From NCBI RefSeq assembly GCF_009914755.1, contig NC_060942.1: 64,000 bases of DNA, one strand, 5' to 3'. Shown piece after piece: positions 15,249 to 27,836 of this stretch. The notes beneath the pieces are model-generated. The model worked only from the letters and a program-made list of their open reading frames with translations, had not been told where the DNA came from and did not search any database. The position numbers and the translations under genes were made by a program. Position 1 is the stretch's first letter. Every line of letters starts with the position of its first letter. This DNA is from the human T2T-CHM13v2.0 reference genome, Homo sapiens.

Positions 15249-16867
15249 AGTGCCTTGTATTTTTCTTAAAGCTGTGACAGATTATTTCATTGGATTGAAA
15301 ATTAAATGTAAGCCTCAATTTTAAGTACAAAAATGATTTCTTAAATAGGTAAATACAGGTATCTTAAGACATTTAGCACTTTTGGCAAACAATTATCTTC
15401 CTTTTTAAAAACACTACTTAAAGAAAAGTTTGTTTTCAAAAACAGAATTTAAATGTGCAATTTGCTTAAATTCACCAAGCCAATGACATAAATATTTATT
15501 GGGAGGGACAGATTGAGGGGCAGGTGGGACAGCCTTGGGAGAACAGGACAGTGATAAATGAGACATAGGAGTTTACAATTCAGTGGCAAAAGGAGAAGCC
15601 TTCTGGAGGAAACCCATTCACCTTCTAGAGGGGAATGGCCCTGTGGTACTGATACAAGGACAGGCACGCTGGTTCAAACAACATTGATGACGGCACTGGG
15701 ACTAGGCATTATGGGCAGGAGACCAGGAGAAAGAGGTTGCTATATAGGCTTGGAGGAGAAAAGAGAGACAGTTGCTTAATTTAAATCCACCAACCAACCC
15801 ATGCACTCCTCCAGCCACTCACCCATCAAATAACCAATAGATATTACCGCACATAGACTGCAGACAAATTGCTGTGCTGGTTGCTGTGAGGGAGATGGAA
15901 AGGCGAATAGGACCCCGTTCCTGACCTCAGAAAAATAATCTAAATGCCAGCTCTTTCCTCCAGTGAAAAGGTCAGTCCTTCTTGGTTCATTATCTTGCCA
16001 ATTTACATGACAAACAATGACAAAGAATTTCCTTCCCTCTTTCTGCTAATATATAAGCCTTGTCATTTTTAATGGTTTTCTGTTTTTCCTTTGGGTTTAA
16101 CTTTCCTCTTTCAAAGAAATGAAAGCCTGGATCTTGCTTCTTAAAGGCAATTTTATTTCTTTGATACTGTTCCCAAGACTCTGCTTAAGCTTTTTAAAGT
16201 CAAAGAAAGTTAGGCATGGATTATCCTATATAGAAAGGTATATTGACTCATTAACTACCCTTTGTGGAATACCACACATTTTTTTTTCCCTCTAAGGTGT
16301 TTAATAACTTGTTGCATTCCATTCATGAAGGTTGTGGTGATAAGAGTCATTGATATAAATATGTTTTAGGCAGAAAGTGTAGAAGAGTGAAAAAATAAAT
16401 TAAAAACTGCATATTTGCCTGGAGCTAAGGCTAAAGAAATCAGCTTCATTATTTTTTGTTGCTTAGTTGGTCTTATGGGTAAGTCTGTTTATACCATATA
16501 TCATTCTTGTCCACTTCCAGAGATTTCAAAGGAAATTCCTAATTAAGAGGATCTAGCTCCAATTATGAAAACTATGTTCCTGTTTTTAGATGTTTCCTTC
16601 AATGTGGAAGACCAAGTAGATTTGTGGTTGCTGCTTGTACGCTTGGGGGTCGGGGGGGGGGTCATTCATCATAGTCACATGACTAGCTCCTACTCACTGG
16701 CATAAGTTTAAATTCTAGAACTCCAGATAAATTTGACAAAATGATTGGTGCTCGAAAAGTAGATCCTGAGCTTCATTAAAATTTGTCGTGGGTGCCTGGG
16801 TCTCAGCTCTGGCAGTCTGGAAAGTTTCTCTAATCTCTGGATAGGCCTTGTCAAAAAATTCATTCAA

Positions 16868-17750
16868 TCAAGTCCCTAGGCTGCACACAGAAAGGAGACC
16901 CTGGGCCTGGCCCACGAAACCGTTTTCTCCTAGGCCTCCTGGCCTCTGATGGGAGGGGCTGACTTGAAGACCTCTGACATGCCCTGGAGACATTTTCCCC
17001 ATTGTCTTTGGGAATAACATTCTGGTGCTTGTTACTTATGCAAATTTTTGTAGCTGGCTCGAATTTCTCCTCAAATATTCGGTTTTTCTTTTCTATCACA
17101 TTGTCAGGCTGCAAATTTTCCAAACTGTTATGCTCTGCTTCCCTTATAAAGCTGAATGCCTTTAACAGCACTCAAGTTACCTCTTGAATGCTTTGCTGCT
17201 TTGAAATTTCTTCTGCCAGATACCCAAAATCATTTCTCTCAAGTTCAAAGTTCCACAGATCTCTAGGGCAGGGGTAAAAGGCCGCCAGTCTCTTTGCTAA
17301 GACATAAAAAAAGTCAGCTTTGTTCCAGTTCCCAACAAGTTCCTCATCTCCATCTGAGACCACCTCAGCCTGGACCTTATTGTCCATATCGCTCTCAGGC
17401 TTTTGGTCAAAGCCATTCAACAAGTTTCTAGGAAGTTCCAAACTTTCCCACATGTTCCTGTCTTCTCCTGAGCCCTCCAAACTGTTCCAACCTCTGCCTG
17501 TTACCCAGTTCCAAAGTTGCTTCCACATTTTCGGGTATCTTTTCAGCAATGCCCCACTCTACTGGTACCAATTTACTGTATTAGTCCATTTTCATGCTGT
17601 TGATAAAGACATACCTGAGACTGGGAAGAAAAAGAGGTTTAACTGGACTTACAGCTCTACATGGCTGGGGAGGCCTCAGAATCATGGCAGGAGGTGAAAG
17701 GCACTTCTTATATGGCAGTGGCAAGAGAAAATGAGGAGGATGCAGAAGTG
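16868..17750 (-). mobile_element. THE1 (MaLR) element: partial 5' LTR (17577-17750) plus adjoining internal sequence
   Basis: LTR end tgtattagtccattttcatgctg. ORFs 16860..17171 and 17172..17549 resemble MaLR internal ORF remnants (GRGWNSLEGSGEDRNMWESLELPR). Confidence 0.85.
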
Positions 17751-17914
17751 GACTACAGGCATATGCCACCAGGCCTGGCTAATTTTTGTATTTTTAGTAG
17801 TCACGGGGTTTCACTGTGGTGCCAGACTGGTCTTGAACTCCTGACCTCAGGTGATCCACCCACCGCAGCCTCCCAAATTGCTGCGTTTATATGTGTGAGC
17901 CACTGTGCCCGGCC
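17750..17914 (-). mobile_element. Partial Alu (left arm plus linker)
   Basis: gactacaggcatatgccaccagg...cactgtgcccggcc. Confidence 0.8.
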
Positions 17915-17915
17915 C

Positions 17916-18228
17916 TGGATACTATTATTCTAAATGAAGTAACTGAGAAATGCAAAACCAAACATCATATGCTCTCGCTCATACGTGGGAGCTGAGCTAT
18001 AAGGATGCAAAGGCATAAGAATGATACATTGGACTTTGGGGACTCAGGAGAAAGGGTCGGGGGCAGGGAGGGATAAAGACTACACATTGGGTACAGCGTA
18101 TACTGTTCAAGTGCTGGGTGCACTAAAATCTCAGAAATCACCACTAATGAACTTATTCATGTAACCAAACACAACCTGATCCCCAAAAAACCTACTGAAA
18201 TAAAAAATAAAAAATAAATAAAAAAAAA
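17916..18228 (+). mobile_element. L1 3' end (L1PB/L1MA-like) with A tail
   Basis: gggtacagcgtatactg...aaatctcagaaatcaccactaatgaac, poly-A tail. Confidence 0.8.
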
Positions 18229-18498
18229 TCCCCACCAAGATGGCCTACATTCCTACAGTCAACACGGAGGCAATGAATATTCACTGCAAACCCATGGCAG
18301 ACACTGCTGGTTGCCTGTCCAATATCTGATCTCCTCTTCTTCCTTGCTCATAGAGAGTCTCTATTAGTTCAGGGTTAGAAATAACACAGCAATGCAACTT
18401 GTGCAACTGGGTGGTCATGTGACATAGTTTTGCCCAATTGGATATCTATGGGTGGCGTTTCTGAGGAATATATTTCCTTATTAAAAAGGGACAGATTC

Positions 18499-18772
<274 letters not shown>

Positions 18773-19475
18773 TCAGTAAAAATGCTTGTATGTACTGGGT
18801 CCATATGATGATGATAGTGAGGATTAAAGCCACTGGTGAAGGTAGTGCAGCAGGAGAGCTGAAGGGTCCTGGTTCCTGGATGACCCACTTGAGCAGCTGC
18901 AAAAGTCGTAACTTGCCTTTTTGGAGCTTCTTGTTATTCAAAAGAACACACCCCTACTTGACAAAGCCATAGTAGCTGGGTTTTAGTTCTGTGTGGCCAA
19001 AAACGATCCTAATTGGTGGATGGCCTGAAATGCAACACACCCAAAGCTGAGGAAGCATCTCCTTCATGCTGCTTCTCTGTTTCTTTTCTATCCAGTTGCC
19101 CAAGTGGACAGCCTGGACGCCATCCTCACTCCTGCTCCTCCCTCATTGCTGTTAGCTGTGACACCTGTTGTGCTGCTGCCACGGAAGGTGCTCTGAGCAC
19201 AACCTCTGCTACCCAGCCACTGCTACCCACTGAGTGCAACCTCTAAAGCTCCTGGCAGGCAGCTGCCAGAGCTTCTGACTTTGAGGAAATCCCTGCTTGC
19301 AGTATTTGGGTGCTGCAGAACCCAGTGTGGCCGGGTGGAGAGAGGGATACTCTGGTTCAGGGCCACACTCTTGGTAGCTCCTTACCGAGCTTGTCTGCGG
19401 ATGGAGTCTGTGTGACAGAGCCTCTGTTTCATCCTTTTGTGCAAAGAGGATCTGGCAGGGATTCTGGCTTGAGCA

Positions 19476-19790
19476 CTCTCGGTCTATCTGAGCTGCTATA
19501 ACAAAATATCATACCCGAGTTTATTTCTAAGTTCTAGAGATTGGGAAGTTCAAGATCAAGGCACTAGCAGATTTGGTGTCTAGTGAAGGTGTATTTCTTC
19601 ACAGATGGCACCTCTTGCTTTGTTCTCACATGGTAGAAGGGGCTAGCTTGCTCTCTGGGGTCTCTTCTAAGGACACTGATTACGTTCATTAGGGCTTTGC
19701 CCTCACGACCAAATCATCTTCCAAAGGCCCTACCTGCTAATAACATCACATCAGTGATTAGTTTTCAACATATGAATTTTGTTGGGACAC
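19476..19790 (-). mobile_element. MaLR LTR (MLT1A-like)
   Basis: gctgctataacaaaatatcat...aagttcaagatcaaggcactagcagatttggtgtct...tatgaattttgttgggacac. Confidence 0.7.
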
Positions 19791-20423
19791 AGCAAGTGCT
19801 ATGGTTTGTCATAAAATTCATATTCTATTGTTTCTTTTTATACCTAGAAGCCCTTAAAATACTATTAGAATATTAATCTTTTACTTTCCTTTCCCATATT
19901 GTATTAGGAGGGGGAGTGAAAAAAGTTTGAGAGACTCGCAGGCATTTGGGCTATGGGAGGTTTAGGCACCGGCTCTCAAAGATAAACACTAGCTGCCATG
20001 TTTGATGAGTTGCCAAACCCTTTCAGTTTCACCTCAAACACACTGCTCTACTTGTTCCATTTCTCTACATCCCCACAGGCGGTGCTCCACCCAGCTCCTC
20101 TCATCCCTTGCATGAATTCCTATGGCTTCCTGATTGACCTCTCAGCACACAGGTCTGCCTTCTTTCAGTCTGTTTTTCACCTTGCATTCACAGCAGTCCT
20201 ATCTGTTCATGTCACATCATCCCACTTTCAATGACAAAGTTTCTCTGATGCTTTTGGGATGAAAGAACAGACTCCCACATCTGCCTTGCGGTTGATCTTT
20301 GTGGAAAGGCTCCTTCCTGCCACTTCATTTCTCACCAGTGTTCTTTATTTGCTACCTTCCAGTCCTCCTGGACGATTTTTGTAAGCAACGTGTGCTCTCT
20401 TGGATCTTTAGGACTCTGCAAAT

Positions 20424-20715
20424 ACAGTTGGTCCCCCATGTCTGTGGGTTGCACATCCACAAATTCAATCAACCACTGATGGAAAACATCTGAAAAAACT
20501 CCACGAAATAACAATTCAATAAAAAAATAAATAAAAATATATGATAAGAACTATTTACATAACATTTACATTGTATTAGGTATTATAAGTAATCTAAAGA
20601 TAATTTAAAGTATATAGGTGGATGTGCATAGGCTATATACAAATATACTACATTGTTTTATACCAGGGACTCAGATGTTGGTATCCCCAGTGGTCCTGGA
20701 ACTAAGGGATGATGG
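20424..20715. mobile_element. MER2 (Tigger-family DNA transposon)
   Basis: TA|cagttggtcccccatgtctgtgggttgcacatcc...acattgtattaggtattataagtaatcta. Confidence 0.75.
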
Positions 20716-21033
20716 TATTGTATTATTCCCTTGAATACCAGCCACCTTCTCCTGCCTCTCCTTTATCTTCCTAATTCCGTCTTATCCCTTCAGATTCCTA
20801 CTTAGACACCACTTCTTTCAGGACGCCCTCTCTGAGCTCTAAGACACAGTGAGGTGTCCCACCCTGCAACTGTGAGCTCTCGGAGCATGTTGTATATATC
20901 CCCTCATAAGAGCAAGGACCCTGGGTCAGAAAGACAGGTTTCAATCTGGGATTGGCCATTTACTTGCTATGTGATCTTGGGTGGGTTATCCTTTTTAGAT
21001 GCAGTTTTCCTATCTATAGAAATGGGAAAAACA

Positions 21034-21332
<299 letters not shown>

Positions 21333-23413
21333 GGAACAACAGTAGTAGCTACCTCTTAGTATTGCTGTGTAAATTAAATGAAATAATGCATGTGATTTCC
21401 TATGGATGATATAGTGGTACTGGGGAGAAGAAGTCACAGTGGAGACAGGAAATGCCCCTATGCACCTCTCAGGTGGTGCCTGTTCACAGGACTAGCTGTC
21501 TAACCAAAGCTTGTGTCCAGGAGCTCCTGGCAGTGATGACTAATGGGAAGTGAGCCTGCGGCCATGGCAGGCCTGGGTGCTATGGCCAGGGCTGAGAATC
21601 AGAGAAGAACTGTGTTAGTCAACATAGGCACAAATGAAACACGCCTTCCCTGAAACATTCTGGGGAAGTCTCTTAGGAGCACACCAGGGCATGGGGAACT
21701 GGCGGATAAACAATCTGTTGATATTAAAAAATAACTTCTAACCTGTCTTCTGCATTCAGTGGATCTGGTATTTACTGAAGAGTAAATTTTTACTGTTTGG
21801 AAATGATGTTAGGCACTTCCCCCAAATTACTTCAATGAGTGAACCCATACAACCACACACCAGCTGCCCTTCCTTCCTCCATCTGCCTAGGAGACCGACA
21901 GAATTTCTCCAATGCTGTTTACCCCGGCAGATCTAATCAGATTACAGAATGTTTTAAACCACCACAATGAGCTAGCTGGAGATAGAATAAAAGAGAAAAA
22001 AGGGAATTCAAGGAAATGTGAAATTTGGGCTAAGTCTGAGTAAAAATACAAGAAGTCCCAGGGTATGAGCAGAAACCTAGAACAGAGGCAGAGTAGTAGA
22101 GAGGATCCTTTCTTTCTGTGAACAATAAGTTGGGAGAACACCTGAGCGAGGTCAGGAGATAAGCTGGTAATGGGATCATCCACAGTTTGGAAATGGGTGC
22201 TGGATACACCTGCTGTGTATCAGATTCTCCTCCAGCAGCAACTGCTGACTTCTCCTTTTCAATCCTCCTAAAACAAAGTCACGCCCTGACACTGGGTGAC
22301 AGTCAGGAGGGGACAAAGCGAATAGAGAGAAGACAGATGCTCCAAAAATGGTCAACATTCGCAACATGCTAAGGCAAAAAATTTAAATAAAATAAAACAA
22401 CACTCCTCTCGAAGAAGTTGGCAAGGGTTAAATAAGAGCATTTCCCCCTCAAGCATGAATTCTAGTGAGAGGTACCTATAGTTAACTGAATAAGGAGGGC
22501 AGGTCCTTCCTTCTCCCATCCCATATTTCAAACTCTTCTTTTACAGTGAGTTATCTGTGAAAGATAAGTTAGTTATCTTAGCCTTCCAAAGAACAGACTC
22601 TCAGCGATTAACTGATTCATGGATCATAGTCCACTCTAGGTTGCTATCATACTGGTGTCTCTACAGGTTGCCTTTTCCTGTTGCCAGAACAAATAATGTC
22701 CACATCTATTATCCAGAATGACTAAATGCAGGGAAACAATATTTCTCCCAAATTTGCTCCAGATAACTGGTGCACACAGAACTGAAGCACAGTGACAAGA
22801 ACTCGAGTGTTATTTTCATCTAACAGGAAAACTAGAAAGAAAAGTAACATTCTCTAGGCCTGAGAAACAATAGGATAGAAAACGACCTGATTCACAATTT
22901 ATCTCCATGGAGAAATAGGTGAACATCTAAAGAAGTGGAAATATTACTCACATACCATAAAAGTAGGTGAACGATTTAAGTTGCAAAATGAGGCAGAGAA
23001 GAGAGAACTGAGAACTGTTCAGTGTAGGAACAGAAACTTCCATAGAGATCTCTAAATACAGGAAGAGATCATCACAGCCTGAGGAGGTTGAAGTCCTGTC
23101 CAGGACTCAGATTTTGAGACTAAGTGGGTTTGTGAGTGATTTGCCTCAAGGATGGGAAGTCAGTCACATGTCCTCTCAAGATTGCATTTGCTTCAATGGG
23201 AAAATGATAATTTACATGGCTAAACTTTTCCAGCGTTAGATGGGGGCAAATAGGATACAGATGCAGTACTGGCATGATTCTATAGAGCCTCCACATAGAA
23301 AAGAAACCAAAACCAAGGGCATAGCGTGCAGGATGGGGTAAGATTTTAAAAAAACAACATAAAGCCAGTGGAGCAGACCATTTTACAGTATTTTCTAATA
23401 CTGTACAGCAGAC

Positions 23414-23726
<313 letters not shown>

Positions 23727-23773
23727 TTACTCATGAATCACTGATGTGTGATAAAAACATGATTATATGAAAA

Positions 23774-24114
23774 TTTTTTTTTTTTTTGAGACAGCGTCTC
23801 ACTCTATCACCCAGGCTAGAGTGCGGTGGTGCAATCTAGGTTCACTGCAGCCTTGATCTCTTGGGCTCAAGTGATCCTCCCGCCTCAGCCTCCTGAGTAG
23901 CTGCAACTACAAGGCACATCACCACACCCAGCTAGTTTTTGTATTTTTCGGGGTAGAGATGGAGTTTCCTCATGTTGCCCAGGCTGGTCTCAAGCTCCTG
24001 GGCTCAAGTGATCCGCCTGCTTTGGCTTCTCAAAGTACATTTCATGGCTGGGCGTGGTGGCTCATGCCTGTAATCCCTTTGGGACTTGGGAGACATGAGC
24101 TACCACACCCAGCC
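23774..24114 (-). mobile_element. AluJ with inverted duplication at its 5' end
   Basis: Antisense Alu with ATGAAAA-T-rich TSD-like flanks. See finding at 24040. Confidence 0.85.
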
Positions 24115-24620
24115 ATGAAAACTTTTAACAGGCAATTACACTGCTTCAAGATGGCAATTTAACTATGAAAAACGAAATTGTTGGTAGTTTACTGGATTTA
24201 TAAAAATCAGTCCTCTTCTTAAAAGGCGAATTGAAAAACAGACTTGCTTTAGCTTGTCAATAACTGTGTTCCTGAGAGTAGTAAAGGGTACATAGAATGA
24301 GGCAGAAACATTTATGCAAAAACTATAGATCGATGATTCTCTTTTTCTTAGTTAGGATGTATCTTTTCTTTGTCCTTTCTTCCATGGCCAATTGGGTGGG
24401 TTCATGGTTTGACTCTGAAGGCCAAGGAGGAGGATTGAGATATGGTTTCTCAATCCAAACTTGAAAGTAAGTTTTAGTATAATGTTAGTTGATAGAGCTA
24501 GTTTCAGGTTGAGGGTTTTGTTGTTCAAAACACACCAATGGATTTTTTTTTTTTAAGTACAACTTCTTTTTACTCAAGAGCTTCTGACTCAAGCTATTCA
24601 CTCTTAAAATTCCGGAGACA

Positions 24621-24943
24621 GGCCTGGCATGCTGACTTACAACTGTAATCCCAGCACTTTGGGAGGCTGAGACGGGCTGACTGCTTGAGCCCAGGAGTTC
24701 GAGACCAGCCTGGCCTACATGGTGAAACCCCATCTCTACAAAAAATTAAAAAATTAGCCGGGTATGGTGGCGCACACCTGTAGTCCCAGCTACTCAGGAG
24801 GCTGAGGTGGGAGGATCACTTGAGCCCAGGAGGTTGAGGCTGTAGTGAGCCATCATTGCACCACTGCACTCCAACTTGGGTGACAGAGTGAGACAAGAAA
24901 GGAAAGAAAGGAAGGAAGGAAGGAAAGAAAGAAAGAAAGAAAA
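24621..24943 (+). mobile_element. AluJ with (GGAA/GAAA)n tail
   Basis: Full-length Alu, purine microsatellite tail. Confidence 0.88.
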
Positions 24944-25070
24944 ATCCCAGACTCAGAACCAAGAAGTGGCAAGGCATATGACAGATCAGTTTTCTACTCT
25001 CTTCCCCAGTGGACACCTGTTGAAAAAATGCATAGTGCCCCATCTTCAAATTCCTTATCTTTCTCTCTTG

Positions 25071-25264
25071 TGCCTCAGCCTCCCGAGTAGCTGGGATTAT
25101 AGGTGCCCATCACCATGTCTGACTAATTTTTGTATTTTTAGTAGAGATGGGGTTTTGCTATGTTGGCCAGGCTGGTCTCAAACTCCTCAAGTGGCCTCAA
25201 ATGATCCACCCACCTCAGCCTTCCAAAGTGCTGGGACCATAGGCATGAGCCACCACTCCTGGCC
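25071..25264 (-). mobile_element. Partial Alu
   Basis: tgcctcagcctcccgagtagc...ccactcctggcc, 3' part missing. Confidence 0.82.
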
Positions 25265-27429
25265 CTTTATCTTTCTTGAGCTACTTCTGTTTATTCATTT
25301 CTATAACTAGGATTCCAATGCCTTTGGCTAACTGAGGAAAGTTGAAAAGTGACTGATGGAAAGAGAGACCTCCAATATGGTTGGACTGAAATTTTACTCC
25401 TTCCTAATCCCTGACTCTCCACTGTACTCCATTAAGAGTTGATCGGGGTGATCCTTGCGCAGTCATTGGCTGGGTGGAAAAGCTCCACACCCTGTGGCCA
25501 TATTTAGTACTACAGAGCTGCTTCTCTTCCTAGGTGCCACAGCCTGGAAGCTCTTCCTAGCAGCTAGCCTGGATATATACAGCAGGATGAAATGTGTGTG
25601 TGCTATCTGTGAATCTTTTACATTTTCTGTCCCATTCGTCTCATTTAGCGTCTCCACTGAGTGATCCGTGTTATCAAAGAGTAGGAGATGTACCCAGAGC
25701 TTCCATTTTATATGTAGGTTTCTCTTGATTTCCACCTAACACTGACTGAGGAGTATCAACTGAGGACTGCCCTGTTCTTTAGTCTTAGACAAAGAAGTTG
25801 GAGGATCAACGTAGGACATTCCATGCACTAAAAAAACAAGTTACTTTTGAAAGTTAAAAGCGGAGGAAGCCGGGAGACAGTGTTGTAATGGGAGGAATAC
25901 AAAACAGGGAACTGGGAGATTTTATTTCTAGCCTTGGTTCTTTCATGACCCATATGAGGTCTGGGGCCCATCACTCACCCTCCATGGGTTTCATTCCTAT
26001 AAGGAGGAGGGACCAGATCCTTTCCAAGGTCCCTTCTGTCTCTAAACTTCTATGGTCTGCCTACAGATGGTATTTTCCATGCTGAGCACCATGTCTCCTG
26101 GCCTTGTGTTTCTGAGCACACAGATCTCTGTTTCTTATCTTTACCCATCCCTGCCTCTGACCCTGAGACCACTCTTAGCTGAGGTCATTCAACCATATCT
26201 CTTACTTTTCAATTGCCTGTGTCTTTTAGAGCTAGTATTTGAGTCAATCTATGGGAACAGATCCTTTCATTTTTTTTAGCCATTAAAAATGGAAGTCATT
26301 GAATAAATAAACTAAGAAAAATTTATTCATTGGGAAGTGATACAAACTCAACCTGGGATTTCTAGACAAGTTTACATTTCACCCATTTTTAGGCACTCAG
26401 ATATTTTATGATGAGTACAAGTTTCATTGATATCACTCATCTGACCTTACTTCATTACATTGTCACGTGGTTGCAGTCTTGACTTTGATGGCACAAAGAC
26501 TGGCCACCATCAGGAATGTGATTTTCACACTGTCATTCAACAGAACCTCAAACAGCACCTACTTCTGAAGATACAACAATGAAGACATAAGCCCTGATAT
26601 CAAAGAGCTTATAGCTTTCCAGGGGACAGAGATATGCACAGAGAGCTATATCAGTGCAAAGGAGTGAAATCTAATCAGCTTGGGGATGACATTTGGTAAA
26701 TCCTGAAGGATGTGCATGAATCACCTAAGCAAGAAGGGGCTGAGCACATCTTTTTATTCATTTCAGTGTAATAAGAATTGAAGCAGGACTTATTGTTTTC
26801 AATGATTTGGCTTTTTCTAACTTCAGATATATAAGGAATCAAAGGACATCTGATTCTAACCCAACTTATTTCTAAACTCAAATTTACTTTGCAATATCTA
26901 ATTTTGGGAGTCAAATGTTCTAGTGTATACTACTTGATGAAATACTCTAAAAATCCTGAGATAGATCTTGGGAAGTTTCAGTCAATCTAAGTCAAGCCTA
27001 TAGGTTCTTCTAGCACACATTCCTGAAATCCAGTAAAGTGGACACGTATGGGTTTAGTCACAGGTTTATGCCTGTGAAAGAGGAAAGAAGGGTTGAAGGC
27101 TTAAGTGTAAGATGGAATGAATGATTTGGGGATGCTTTTAGTCTAGTAAAAGAAGACAGGAAGATTTGGGGCATAAAATATTGAGAGACTATTTTATGCT
27201 ATTTTGAGTACAGTTAAAGTTCTCTTAACCAAACTCCACTTGCAATTCTCCAGCTTCTGTGTAACACTTCCCAGTGGATGCTGCAGCATATTGAACACTC
27301 AATTTTTCTTTAATAGCCTCAGCCATCTCTGCTATTTGCTAGTTACATAAGTTAAACTGTATGTAAGCCAAAGAGATATAAATTTATATTATCTTTCTTT
27401 TCCTCATTCAAATGTATACTTTATTTTTT

Positions 27430-27531
27430 AAGAGTCAAGTGCAGTAGTGAGAGTGGGAAAGAGTAGAACAAGGAGTCTGATCTGTAACTGATGGTGAACG
27501 ATCAGTTGAGACAACTATCTTTGGACCAGGG
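27430..27531 (-). pseudogene. Y1 RNA (RNY1-like) retropseudogene
   Basis: Reverse complement CTGGTCCAAAGATAGTTGTCTCAACTGATCGTTCACCATCAGTTACAGATCAGACTCCTTGTTCTACTCTTTCCCACTCTCACTACTGCACTTGACTC matches the hY1 sequence as recalled, with a short A-rich tail (plus 27420-27429). Confidence 0.9.
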
Positions 27532-27830
27532 TTTTTTTTTTTTTTTTTTTTCCCTCACCAGTTTATCTATTTCATCTTCTGCACTATCTCCTGACCACAC
27601 AGGCCCTGGATTCTCTGTATGCCATCAAGTTACCTAGTTACCCGCATCTTCTGACTATGCACAATAGCCACAGTCTTCCATCTCTTATTAATACAGAATG
27701 GGCTTGCAGTATCGGGACTCCCTCCAAATTCCCTACTCCTAAGTGAGGATGGGAAACAAGTCCTTAGAAAACTATGCACTAGGTCTGACTACTGAGGAAC
27801 AACTGCAAGAAAAGCAACTTTGAAAATTTC

Positions 27831-27836
27831 TTTATT
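27831..27836 (-). terminator. Distal polyadenylation signal AATAAA
   Basis: AATAAA on the minus strand followed by GTTGCTTTTCTTGCAGTTGTT. Confidence 0.7.

Noticed and set aside
16860-17697. ORFs of 103-125 aa
   Set aside because: THE1/MaLR internal remnants and their antisense, not a host gene.
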